DNA of 26,446 nucleotides from a virus (taxonomy: Duplodnaviria > Caudoviricetes), in the IMG/VR virus record IMGVR_UViG_3300027956_000035, positions 1-26,446 of that record; one strand, given 5' to 3'. Numbering within the stretch: the first letter of the stretch is position 1; each line of letters opens with the position of its first letter. Below the pieces are notes generated by a model. The model did no database searches and was not told where the DNA came from. It worked only from the letters and a program-made list of their open reading frames with translations. Below are positions 1 to 8,788 of this stretch, piece after piece. The position numbers were made by a program, and so were the translations under genes.

Positions 1-43
1 GTTTTCTTCACACCCAAGAAAGCAAAAAGTTTCGTTTTTTAAC

Positions 44-51
44 TATATTTG
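44..51 (+). promoter_or_regulatory. Bacteroidota-type -7 promoter element upstream of terS
   Basis: TATATTTG is an exact match to TAnnTTTG, 10 nt before the terS ATG. Confidence 0.5.
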
Positions 52-61
52 TTTGGAAATT

Positions 62-418
62 ATGATTTTTTATAGTAAAAGAGAAGAGGAAATTTACACA
101 GAAACGCTTGAAGCAATTACGGGCAAAAAAAACGCGGCCGATTTAAATTTGATAAAAGCCTTCGCCGTAGAAATGGCGACCTATGAAGAGGCTTGCTCAA
201 AGTTGGCTAAGAAAAAAACAACCACACGCGGCACCGGTGGCGAAATGCCATCCCCATGGATCGCAATAAGGAACCAGGCAATAACAAACGCGCAGCGCAT
301 AATGAAGCTGCTCAATATGTCTGAACTTGCAAAACAAGAGCAACCCGTGGCAAAAGTGGCAAAATTAGATTTATTAAAAAATGGCAAAAAAAATATTATT
401 CAGAAAGCAGCCAATTAA
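62..418 (+). CDS. terS: Terminase small subunit (P27-family-like)
   Basis: First gene, upstream of terL. Sequence 'DLNLIKAFAVEMATYEEA...GGEMPSPWIAIRNQA' resembles P27-type TerS. ATG at 62 preferred over TTG at 53. Confidence 0.75.
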   Translation: MIFYSKREEEIYTETLEAITGKKNAADLNLIKAFAVEMATYEEACSKLAKKKTTTRGTGGEMPSPWIAIRNQAITNAQRIMKLLNMSELAKQEQPVAKVAKLDLLKNGKKNIIQKAAN

Positions 419-626
419 TGGAGGCTACATCATTGAGCGTAAATACTTGAATAAGTGGCGCGGAGTGGACAAAAACGGAGAGATCTCTGATACTGTGTTT
501 TTTTACAGAAACGAATATTTAGCACAAATCCAATTAAACAATTTTGAACAACGCACAGAAATATTGCCAAGCGATATTATCGCAGGAGATACCGAGTTGC
601 AAATTGATACAGAAGGCTGCGCATAG
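381..626 (+). CDS. Hypothetical protein between terS and terL
   Basis: 81-aa ORF with an A-rich upstream context. It fills the terS-terL gap, overlaps both genes and ends in TAG. Confidence 0.55.
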   Translation: MAKKILFRKQPINGGYIIERKYLNKWRGVDKNGEISDTVFFYRNEYLAQIQLNNFEQRTEILPSDIIAGDTELQIDTEGCA

Positions 627-2169
627 ATTTGAATCTGACTTGCAGCGAAGTGATATAATCTTCAATGAAGATTTATATTTACATGCTGTCGAGTTCATCG
701 AATCATTGGAGCACACTGTAGGAACTTACGCGGGCAACTTATTCAAGCTTGAACCCTGGCAGCATTTTATAGTCGCCAATTTATTTGGGTTTGTGAAACC
801 TGATGGCTATAGAAGATACACCAGAGCTTATGTTGAAGTGCCGCGAAAAAATGGCAAATCTACTTTTTCCAACGCCTTAATGCTTTACGGGTTGCTTGCT
901 GATGGTGAAGAGGGCGCTCAGGTTTACAGCGCCGCTACAAAGCTAGATCAGGCAATGATGGTTTTCTCAGAATCGGCTCGCGTGTGTAAACAAGTGGATT
1001 GGATAGCCGAAGGCGTGAATGTTTACAACTCTGTGAATAACCGTAGGATTAATTACGGCAATTCCTTTTATAGGCCGCTAGAGTGGAACCCAGGTAAGCA
1101 AGATGGACTAAACACTCACTTTGCAGTTATTGACGAATATCACGCACATTCTAGTGATGAGCTGTACAACGTAATCCGTAACTCGATGGGTGCTAGATTG
1201 CAGCCTTTGTTATTTGTTATTACCACTGCAGGATTCAATCGTGAATCGGCATGCTATAGGCATAGGCAATACTGCACCAAGGTGCTTGAAGGCGCAATAA
1301 ATGACGATGCGTTATTTTCTGTGATTTACACACTTGACGACGGCGATGATTGGATGGAGCCTATAAATTGGGCGAAAGCCAATCCAAACTACGGAGTGAG
1401 CGTAAACCCTAGGCAGTTAGAAGAGGGATTACAGGAAGCGAAAGAATTAAGCCATAAAGAGGTCGAGTTTAAAACCAAGCTGCTTAACGTTTGGACAGAT
1501 ACGGCGCAAACATGGATCAGTGATGAAAATTGGATGAAATGCGAAAATGACTCCGAACCACATGGCGAATGTTACGGCGGGTTAGATTTGGCAACTACCG
1601 GGGATTTTTGCGCATTTTCTTTGTATTGGCCTAGCACGGGAGCTGTGCGCTCATGGTATTGGCTACCGGATGAAGCGGCAAAGCGCCGCAATGACCAGCA
1701 AGGTGATGCTATCCGTAATTGGTCGCGCGACGGGTTAATTACCGTAACAGAGGGAAATGTTACAGATTACGAGTTTATTAGGCATAAAATCATTGAACTT
1801 GCAGAAATTTACGACATTCGAGAGATTGCTTACGATAGATGGAACGCCACTCAGATAGTTAACGACCTGATGAATGCTGGGTTAACCATGTACCCCTTCG
1901 GTCAGGGCTTTGGCTCGATGTCAGCACCCACAAAGGAATTTGAGCGCCTGGTTAAAAATCGCAACTTGCAACACGATGGAAACCCGGTAACGCGTTGGAT
2001 GTTGGGAAATGTGATGCTTAAGCGTGATCCAGCAGATAATATAAAAATAGATAAAAGTAAAAGCGGCGACAAGGTCGACGGGCCCGTATCTATTGTTATG
2101 GCGCTTGGAACGTATCTGCAGGAGTCTCAAAAAAATAATAACCAAGAGTTTTGGTTTCAAAGCATATGA
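544..2169 (+). CDS. terL: Terminase large subunit (Terminase_1 type)
   Basis: LEPWQ motif, Walker A VPRKNGKS, Walker B AVIDEYH, coupling motif ITTAG, nuclease motifs GGLDLA and DKVDG. TTG start. Confidence 0.96.
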   Translation: MNNAQKYCQAILSQEIPSCKLIQKAAHRFESDLQRSDIIFNEDLYLHAVEFIESLEHTVGTYAGNLFKLEPWQHFIVANLFGFVKPDGYRRYTRAYVEVPRKNGKSTFSNALMLYGLLADGEEGAQVYSAATKLDQAMMVFSESARVCKQVDWIAEGVNVYNSVNNRRINYGNSFYRPLEWNPGKQDGLNTHFAVIDEYHAHSSDELYNVIRNSMGARLQPLLFVITTAGFNRESACYRHRQYCTKVLEGAINDDALFSVIYTLDDGDDWMEPINWAKANPNYGVSVNPRQLEEGLQEAKELSHKEVEFKTKLLNVWTDTAQTWISDENWMKCENDSEPHGECYGGLDLATTGDFCAFSLYWPSTGAVRSWYWLPDEAAKRRNDQQGDAIRNWSRDGLITVTEGNVTDYEFIRHKIIELAEIYDIREIAYDRWNATQIVNDLMNAGLTMYPFGQGFGSMSAPTKEFERLVKNRNLQHDGNPVTRWMLGNVMLKRDPADNIKIDKSKSGDKVDGPVSIVMALGTYLQESQKNNNQEFWFQSI

Positions 2170-2354
2170 ACTACTCACACGACGATTTTATAAGAACTTA
2201 CTACACGGCTTTGCCGCACCACAAGAAATATGAAGACGCGTATTGGTACGTAGAGGAATTATTTAAATCTAAATACGGCCATTATAAATACAGTAGTTAT
2301 GGCGTATTTCGTGCGACGTTGTCGCGGTGGGTAAAATGTAACAGCGTTGAATAA
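2166..2354 (+). CDS. Small hypothetical protein
   Basis: ATGA overlap with the terL stop (ATG 2166). 62 aa, Tyr-rich, fills the terL-portal gap. Confidence 0.6.
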   Translation: MNYSHDDFIRTYYTALPHHKKYEDAYWYVEELFKSKYGHYKYSSYGVFRATLSRWVKCNSVE

Positions 2355-2376
2355 GATTAAATTTAATATTGCAGCA

Positions 2377-3636
2377 ATGGGATTACTTCCTAGCATATTC
2401 AAAAAAGCGCAAAAGCGTAGTAGCTTAACCGCTCCCAGCGATTGGCTAATAAAATCATTGTCGTCTTTATTTGGGCAGCAAACCACCTCAGGGCAGAGTG
2501 TAAACCAAGAAAGCGCCATGAGTATAGCAAGTGTACATGCTTGTGTGCGCGTTATTTCTGATGGTATTGCAGCTCTTGGCTTGAAGCTTTATTACGAGAG
2601 CGAAGATGAAAGAAAAGTAATCTACGCGCATTATGGGCAAAGTGTTGTAAATGAGCCCAATGCGTATCAAACGAAATTTGATTTCACAAAATACATGGTG
2701 TCGCAATTGGTGTTAAATGGAAATGCTTACGCATTTATTAACCGTGACGCTAGGTTTATTCCGATTGCATTGCATCCTATTCATCAAAGCAATGTCACGC
2801 CATACATGAGCGATGGCGAGTTATTTTATAGAGTGCAGCAGCCTGGTTTCCCATCAGTGGTGCCTGCGACTGATATGTTACACTTTAAAGGTTTGAGCCT
2901 TGATAGTGTTTTGGTTGGTAAATCACCAATTACACTACATGCCGAAACTTTGGGCATTGATTTAGCAGCGATAAAATCAAGCGCATCTGTTTACAAAAAT
3001 GGGACCTTGAAATTTTTGTTAAAATCTGCGGGTAAAATTGACGAAGCCCAAGCAAGGCCGTTGCGTCAATCACTTGACGATGTTATAGACGGTAATATGC
3101 GCAGCACCGTTTTGCCACAAGGCGTAGAAATGGAGCGTTTATCACTTAGTCCACAGGAAGCGCAATACATTGAATCTAGAACATTTAGCGCTGAGGAAAT
3201 TGCCCGTATTTTTGGGGTGCCTGCCTCAATGATTGGGGCAAAGGAAGGTATTAAATCAAGCGTTGAACAGGAGTATCAGGACTTTTACGCGCGCACATTG
3301 ATGGCATACTGTAAAAACATTGAACAAGAATTAAACCGTAAATTATTGCAGGAAATCGATAAACCCTATTATTATTTCAAGTTTAATTTCAATTCATTAT
3401 TGAGGGCCAGTGCCAATGATCGCGCGGATTTCTACAACAAAGGTATCAGAGGCGGTTGGTTGTCACCAAACGAAGCTAGAGCATTTGAGGACGCCAACGG
3501 TTTTGAAGGCGGGGACGTTTACTATGCCGAAGCGAATTTGATACCACAACAACAATTCGAGGCGTTTATGGATGCTAAAATAGCTCAATTACTTGCCTCA
3601 ACATCAAAAAATAATAATCCAAATGGAAACAATTAA
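2377..3636 (+). CDS. Portal protein, HK97 family
   Basis: Motifs 'VHACVRVIS', 'LNGNAYA', 'LHFK...GKSPI', 'EEIARIFGVP', 'WLSPNEARAFE'. Follows terL. ATG 2377 chosen as start. Confidence 0.95.
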   Translation: MGLLPSIFKKAQKRSSLTAPSDWLIKSLSSLFGQQTTSGQSVNQESAMSIASVHACVRVISDGIAALGLKLYYESEDERKVIYAHYGQSVVNEPNAYQTKFDFTKYMVSQLVLNGNAYAFINRDARFIPIALHPIHQSNVTPYMSDGELFYRVQQPGFPSVVPATDMLHFKGLSLDSVLVGKSPITLHAETLGIDLAAIKSSASVYKNGTLKFLLKSAGKIDEAQARPLRQSLDDVIDGNMRSTVLPQGVEMERLSLSPQEAQYIESRTFSAEEIARIFGVPASMIGAKEGIKSSVEQEYQDFYARTLMAYCKNIEQELNRKLLQEIDKPYYYFKFNFNSLLRASANDRADFYNKGIRGGWLSPNEARAFEDANGFEGGDVYYAEANLIPQQQFEAFMDAKIAQLLASTSKNNNPNGNN

Positions 3637-4192
3637 AAGAGCAATAGGTACGATAAATTATCGCAGTGAAGGTGAGGCGATGCCCAAGGAATTTGGCGGC
3701 ATTGCTGCAGTGGTTGACACTGTAACCGATTTGAGATTTTTTGAGGAAAAAATAGAGCGCGGAGCGTTCGATGAGGTTCTAGAAGATGATGTACGAGTAT
3801 TATTCAATCACGAAGCTGAGGCAATTTTGGGCAGAACCAAAAGCAACACAGCTCGTATATGGGTTAACGCAGACGGCAACCTTGAGTATTCATGGGTGCC
3901 CGACTACGAAAATCCGCTACACATGCAAGTAGCTCGCAGTATTATGCGTGGCGATATAACACAGAGTAGCTTTGCGTTTACGGTAAAGGAATACTCATGG
4001 GGGAAATCTGAAAGATACGGCGACATGTCAATGCACATCGTGCGCAAAATAGACCGGTTGCTAGATGTTAGCCCGGTTACATATCCAGCCTACGAGGACA
4101 CCGTAGCAGAAGCGCGCAGTATATTAGCGACTAAGCCAAAAAAGGTGAACGAAAGCGATTTAATAGAAATAACAAAATTAAAATATAAATAA
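3623..4192 (+). CDS. Prohead maturation protease, HK97 (S78) family
   Basis: Motifs 'EKIERGAF', 'LFNH', 'LGRT', 'SSFAF', 'LLDVSPVTYPAY'. Lies between portal and capsid genes. Confidence 0.93.
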   Translation: METIKRAIGTINYRSEGEAMPKEFGGIAAVVDTVTDLRFFEEKIERGAFDEVLEDDVRVLFNHEAEAILGRTKSNTARIWVNADGNLEYSWVPDYENPLHMQVARSIMRGDITQSSFAFTVKEYSWGKSERYGDMSMHIVRKIDRLLDVSPVTYPAYEDTVAEARSILATKPKKVNESDLIEITKLKYK

Positions 4193-4193
4193 C

Positions 4194-5522
4194 ATGAAAA
4201 TTAAAGCCTTACACGAGGAAAAAGGACGTTTAATCGAAGAGTTAAACACCTTGCAAACTAGCATTAACGCTGAGCAGCGCTCAATGACTGACACTGAGAA
4301 AACTAGATTTAACGAAATCGACGCAAGATTAGATTCTATCGGATCTGAGGTTGAAGTGTTGGAGAAATTGCAAAAGCGCGCGGCTGAAAAAATCGCATCT
4401 GCTCCAGTATATGGCGCGGCTTCAACTAGCGATAAAAACGAGCGCAACGAAATGGCTAATAAATATAGCTTTAAAAGAGCTGTTGAAATGGCTGCAACAG
4501 GTCGTCGCGAAGGAATTGAATTTGAAATGCACCAAGAGGCTGCAGCTGAGTTTCAGCGCGCGGGTGTTAGCGTAGCTGCTCACTCTGTTTTGTTGCCTTC
4601 TGATGTTTTCAAACGCGACATGACCGCAACAGGTGGAAGCCCTGCAGGTGTTGAAGGTGGTTACAACATTCAGACTAATGTTGGTGGTATCATCGACGTT
4701 TTATTACCAGCAACCGTTTTGAACGGCTTAGGAGTAACTCGCTTTGATAACCTTACTGGAAACCTTGATTTGCCTCAGGCTTCTACACAGCCCGCTGCAG
4801 GTTGGAACACTGAAAATGGAACTGCAACAGAAAAGAGCCCTGCATTTGGTAAGGTTTCTTTTTCACCAAAGAGATTGGCTGCGTTCATTCAGGTTTCAAA
4901 CCAGTTGTTGCGCCAATCTTCAAACAGCATTGATGCCTATGTGCGTCAATATTTGATCAATGCAATGGCTCAGGAACTTGAAAAAGCTGCTATTAAAGGT
5001 GGTGGAACCAACGAGCCAACCGGTATTATCGGTAACAGCAATGTTAACGTAATTTTCGCAGGTGGCGCATCTTCAAACTCAACCAACGCAAACGGTGCAG
5101 CGGTTGTTTGGGCGGACGTTGTGAACGCAATGAAGGCGGTTGAAAACAGCAACGCAATGGGACAGGCTTATTTGACTAACCCATTAGTTAAGGCTGCTTT
5201 GCAAACCACTGCACGTCAAGCATCAGGTGTTGAAGGTAATTTCATTTTGCAGTCAGGTGCAGGCGAGTTGAACGGTTATCCTTTAGCGGTGACTACCAAC
5301 GTACCTTCTAACCTTGCAAAAGGCTCATCTTCTACTTTGTCTGGTATGATCTTCGGAGATTTCAGCAAATTGGCGATTGCTTCATGGGGTGGAATGGAAT
5401 TGACTGTTGATCCATTCAGCGGAGCAACTGCAGGTTTAACAAACATGGTGCTGAACAGCTACATGGATGTAAACCTATTGCAACCTAAAGCGTTTGCGGT
5501 TTGTAAAGACATCGTAGCGTAA
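4194..5522 (+). CDS. Major capsid protein, HK97 fold, with N-terminal coiled-coil scaffold (delta) domain
   Basis: Coiled-coil N-terminus, then 'GGY', 'PKRLAAFIQVSNQLLRQS', 'NEPTGI', 'LNGYP', 'IFGDFS'. Confidence 0.95.
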   Translation: MKIKALHEEKGRLIEELNTLQTSINAEQRSMTDTEKTRFNEIDARLDSIGSEVEVLEKLQKRAAEKIASAPVYGAASTSDKNERNEMANKYSFKRAVEMAATGRREGIEFEMHQEAAAEFQRAGVSVAAHSVLLPSDVFKRDMTATGGSPAGVEGGYNIQTNVGGIIDVLLPATVLNGLGVTRFDNLTGNLDLPQASTQPAAGWNTENGTATEKSPAFGKVSFSPKRLAAFIQVSNQLLRQSSNSIDAYVRQYLINAMAQELEKAAIKGGGTNEPTGIIGNSNVNVIFAGGASSNSTNANGAAVVWADVVNAMKAVENSNAMGQAYLTNPLVKAALQTTARQASGVEGNFILQSGAGELNGYPLAVTTNVPSNLAKGSSSTLSGMIFGDFSKLAIASWGGMELTVDPFSGATAGLTNMVLNSYMDVNLLQPKAFAVCKDIVA

Positions 5523-5593
5523 TTTTAAGGCCGCGCGGGGCCTATAGATACCGCGTGCCCTGGGGCGCTTGATTGCCGCTCCAGGGAGCCAAC

Positions 5594-5767
5594 ATGAAAG
5601 TGAAATTTGTTAAATTTCCGATAGCTTTAAACCTTGCGTATAACGTGGGTGACGAAGCTATTTTAGAGGAAAAGCAAGCGCAATTGTTAATCGACGAAGG
5701 TTATGCCGTAGCCGTTAATGAAGCGCCAAAGAAAAAGAAACCAATCAATCCTGAGGAAGGCGATTAA
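5594..5767 (+). CDS. Small head-associated hypothetical protein
   Basis: 'MKVKFVK...YNVGD...AQLLIDEGYA' pattern, typical of small genes following capsid genes. ATG 5594. Confidence 0.7.
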   Translation: MKVKFVKFPIALNLAYNVGDEAILEEKQAQLLIDEGYAVAVNEAPKKKKPINPEEGD

Positions 5768-5769
5768 AA

Positions 5770-6396
5770 ATGATCATAGGCAAGCGCATAGTGAGCGTGA
5801 GTAACGCAGACACCGATTATATTTCCGTAGCTGAGGCGAAAACACATCTACGCGTCACAACTTCGGCGGACGACACCTATATAAGCAACCTTATAAGTGC
5901 AGCGCTTGACATGGCCTCACATTACGTTGGCTATGAGGTGCGCGAAAGTGTTTGTCGCTATGGTTTCGGGGAATTAGTGGGGCAGCCTGCAACGGTTAAC
6001 CCATTGAACGGCTCGCCATTGCTTGTGGGTAATTATTGCCGCATTCCAGCGCGCGTAATTTCATTGGATTCGTTTTATTACGTCAACGAAAACAACGCGT
6101 TAACAGCCTTCACGGATTACATCACTGAGCCTGAGCCTTTATCTAATTTTGGACTTGATTTATACCTTAACAGCACGCCGTCAAATTTAACGGATGCGCA
6201 ATCAAAATACATCGCAGAGGTAACAGAGGGCTTTGAGCCTTCAAGCTTCCCTGATAGCGTAAAAATGGCCTGCTTGCTTATGGTGGCGCAATACTACGAT
6301 AATCGCCAAAATATAATCGTTGGAGTTAGCGCTACTGAAATGCCCTATGGATCAGATTTTTTATTGAATAAATATAAATTAAGCACCTTTGCATAA
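5770..6396 (+). CDS. Head-tail connector/adaptor (HK97 gp6 / SPP1 gp15-like, long form)
   Basis: 'ISVAEAKTHLRV...DDTYISNLISAA' and C-terminal 'PDSVKMACLLMVAQYYDNR'. Confidence 0.9.
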   Translation: MIIGKRIVSVSNADTDYISVAEAKTHLRVTTSADDTYISNLISAALDMASHYVGYEVRESVCRYGFGELVGQPATVNPLNGSPLLVGNYCRIPARVISLDSFYYVNENNALTAFTDYITEPEPLSNFGLDLYLNSTPSNLTDAQSKYIAEVTEGFEPSSFPDSVKMACLLMVAQYYDNRQNIIVGVSATEMPYGSDFLLNKYKLSTFA

Positions 6397-6713
6397 TGAA
6401 CGCGGGAAGGTTTGACGATTTAATTTCTATTTACCGCTACACTACGGAAATAAACACCGATACGGGCGAGCCGATAAAAACATGGTCGAAACTTGCCGAT
6501 GTATGGGCAGAGGTTAAGCGTAAAAACGGCGTTGAGCAAGTTGCTGCAGAACAGCGCGAAAATAAGCAAACAGCAACCGTTAAGATAAGATTTTACGAGG
6601 GGTTAAGCGTATTGGATAGGCTTGTTATTGATGGGGTAAATTACAACATTGTCTCAATTAACTCAATCGAGCGCAGGATGTATGACGAGCTTTATTGTGA
6701 GAGTAGTCAATAA
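6396..6713 (+). CDS. Head closure protein (SPP1 gp16-like)
   Basis: 'MNAGRF...TGE...W...VWAEV...IRF...YNI' pattern and synteny. Confidence 0.88.
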   Translation: MNAGRFDDLISIYRYTTEINTDTGEPIKTWSKLADVWAEVKRKNGVEQVAAEQRENKQTATVKIRFYEGLSVLDRLVIDGVNYNIVSINSIERRMYDELYCESSQ

Positions 6714-7156
6714 TGAAGTACACTACGGGCTTCCAGGAATTAAGCAGGGACTTAAAAAAAGCCCTTGAAAAAATTACACCTAAAGAGGCTTTAAAAATAG
6801 TTGAGCAAGAGGGTAATAACTTGGCGCAATCCATTCGACAAAATGCGCCAATGCAAATAATTAAAGAGGATATAGGCGTCATTTCTAAGCCTGGATATGA
6901 TAGCAGCGTGTTAGTTGGTTTGAGATACGATAAGGGCCCGCGCACAAACTTGGCTTACGCCTTCGAGTATGGAACAGTGAAGCGTTTTGTTAAGCCTAAA
7001 AAGGGCAGCAACAGAGCCGCACAGGATAGAAGTTATTATAGGGGTTTTTTATCGCCTAAGCCATTCTTTCGGCCCACTGTTGACAGCAACGCAAACAAAG
7101 TTGTAACCAACATAGCCGATAAAATTTTTAAACTTGCAACAAATAAATTAAAATAA
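6713..7156 (+). CDS. HK97 gp10-like neck/tail component
   Basis: 'AYAFEYGT' and 'PKPFFRPTVD' motifs. Confidence 0.85.
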   Translation: MKYTTGFQELSRDLKKALEKITPKEALKIVEQEGNNLAQSIRQNAPMQIIKEDIGVISKPGYDSSVLVGLRYDKGPRTNLAYAFEYGTVKRFVKPKKGSNRAAQDRSYYRGFLSPKPFFRPTVDSNANKVVTNIADKIFKLATNKLK

Positions 7157-7162
7157 ATAATC

Positions 7163-7597
7163 ATGGCAACTACAGGACTAGTTAACGGAACCCTGATCGC
7201 CCTTTATAAGGACGTAGCGGGCACACCAACAAAAGTAGCAAACGCTACTTCAAGCGATTTTGAATTAACTCGCGACACTATCGACGCAACCAATAAAGAT
7301 GGCGGCGCGTATAAAGAATTTTTAGTTGGCCTTGCAGGTTGGACTATGAACGCCGAGGGTATCTTTGAAGAGGATGGTGGAGTGACTGGCGTTTCTGCAA
7401 AAGATTTGCTTGATGACGTAATCAATGGAGCGCCCATCACCGTTGTAATGACATCAAATGTAAGCGGAGATCTTAAACTTTCAGGATCTGCAATTATCAC
7501 TTCTTTTTCTTGGAATGCTCCAGTGAACGATGTTGCAACTTTTTCCGTAGCTTTGCAGGGTACCGGAACTTTGACCGTCGGTACAGTTACTCCTTAA
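7163..7597 (+). CDS. Major tail tube protein (TP901-1-like family)
   Basis: 'TIDATNKD...EFLVG...W', 'APVNDVATFSVALQGTGTL'. Confidence 0.88.
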   Translation: MATTGLVNGTLIALYKDVAGTPTKVANATSSDFELTRDTIDATNKDGGAYKEFLVGLAGWTMNAEGIFEEDGGVTGVSAKDLLDDVINGAPITVVMTSNVSGDLKLSGSAIITSFSWNAPVNDVATFSVALQGTGTLTVGTVTP

Positions 7598-7633
7598 CTC
7601 ATTGTTTGTTTTTTGTTTTTCATTCCATGCAAG

Positions 7634-7660
7634 AGGGCGCAGAAATGCGCCTTTTTGTTT
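7634..7660 (+). terminator. Intrinsic terminator after the major tail gene
   Basis: Hairpin AGGGCGCA-GAAA-TGCGCCTT followed by TTTGTTT. Confidence 0.75.
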
Positions 7661-7671
7661 ATATTCGCAGA

Positions 7672-8007
7672 ATGGAAATAACGATAAACGGCAAATCACA
7701 CCCATTATTTTTCTCAATGAATGCAATCGAGAAGATAATGGAAGCCAACAAGATGACCGATTTTGCAGCATTGGGCGAGGCTCAAAACCCTGCAGAAAGC
7801 TTGAAATTTGCGCGAATCTGTGCATTTTACGGAATAAAAGCAGGATACAAAAAACAAGGTAAAAAATGCCCATACGAAACCGCCGAAGACTTGGGAGACG
7901 ATGTGCAAAATTTCACAGAGTTAACCGCAGCAATGGAGGGCTTTAGCGAGAGTGTGAGCGGTTTTTTTCAAGTGAGCCCAGCAGAGGTGAAAGCGGAAAG
8001 CCTTTAA
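7672..8007 (+). CDS. Tail assembly chaperone (lambda gpG-like)
   Basis: 'MEITINGKSHPLFFSMNAI' immediately after the tube gene. ATG 7672. Contains a slippery T7 run near its end. Confidence 0.8.
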   Translation: MEITINGKSHPLFFSMNAIEKIMEANKMTDFAALGEAQNPAESLKFARICAFYGIKAGYKKQGKKCPYETAEDLGDDVQNFTELTAAMEGFSESVSGFFQVSPAEVKAESL

Positions 8008-8312
8008 CCTGGGAGCAAATTAAACATATTTCTTATGGGGAGTTAAATCTCACCCCCGAAGATTTGGAGCGCTACAAGCCTGAGTTTTTTAGATTGAAAC
8101 TTGAAGGCATGCGCGAGGCTCAATTTCAACAGTATAAAAACGAATGGGAGCGCACTCGATGGCTAGCTACTATTGTGCTGTCACCACATCAGAAAAAAGG
8201 CAAAGGCATCAAGCCGCGCGATTTAATAGAGTTTGAATGGGAAAAGCCTAAACTGAACGTCGTTGAAATTGTAACCCAAAACAAGCACATATTTGATAAA
8301 TTGCGACCATGA
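7968..8312 (+). CDS. gpT-like extension of the tail chaperone, reached by -1 frameshift
   Basis: The -1 frame is open from the T TTT TTT site (7962-7968) to TGA 8312 (SSEPSRGESGKPLTWEQIKHISYGELNLTPEDLERY...WERTRWLA). Confidence 0.75.
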   Translation, partial: SSEPSRGESGKPLTWEQIKHISYGELNLTPEDLERYKPEFFRLKLEGMREAQFQQYKNEWERTRWLATIVLSPHQKKGKGIKPRDLIEFEWEKPKLNVVEIVTQNKHIFDKLRP

Positions 8313-8788
8313 AGGCAATAAAGGCCCTTTACAACCTACTTATTAATGATGTGGACACAGCGGCCGCCGTCACCAATAGGATTTATCCTGTGCGCGTGCC
8401 ACAAGGTTTAACTTTCCCTGCAATAGTTTTAACGCAAATAACACGCGAGGCCAACGAAACAAAAACGGGCTATTCCATTACAGATGTGGCGCGAGTTCAA
8501 GTCACCATTTTAGCCGATACAGCAACCGAGGCAATGACGATAGCGGAGTTAGTGCGCGAGGCCATGTCGCCCGTGCTCCCTGCAATTTATAACACTATTT
8601 ATGTTAGCAACATTGCGTTTTTGGACGAACAGATTTTAATCGATGACGACGGCGATGAATTAGGCGTGTTTTACATTGCCCAGGATTATAACGTGCACTT
8701 CAATAACGCCATTGTGAGCACGGGTAATCTATTGCTTGAAGATGGTGGATTTATGTTGTTAGAAAATGGCGATAAAATAATATTATGA
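8309..8788 (+). CDS. Tail completion/terminator protein (SPP1 gp17 / DUF3168-like) with C-terminal LLxE(D/N)G extension
   Basis: 'AIKALYNLL...VTNRIYPVRVPQ...FPAIV...ARVQV...AELVREAM' pattern. Confidence 0.75.
   Translation: MKAIKALYNLLINDVDTAAAVTNRIYPVRVPQGLTFPAIVLTQITREANETKTGYSITDVARVQVTILADTATEAMTIAELVREAMSPVLPAIYNTIYVSNIAFLDEQILIDDDGDELGVFYIAQDYNVHFNNAIVSTGNLLLEDGGFMLLENGDKIIL

Noticed and set aside
7510-7671. N-terminal extension of the chaperone ORF and the overlapping ORFs 7602-7862 and 7481-7873
   Set aside because: They run through the tube gene end and terminator. The plausible start is ATG 7672.
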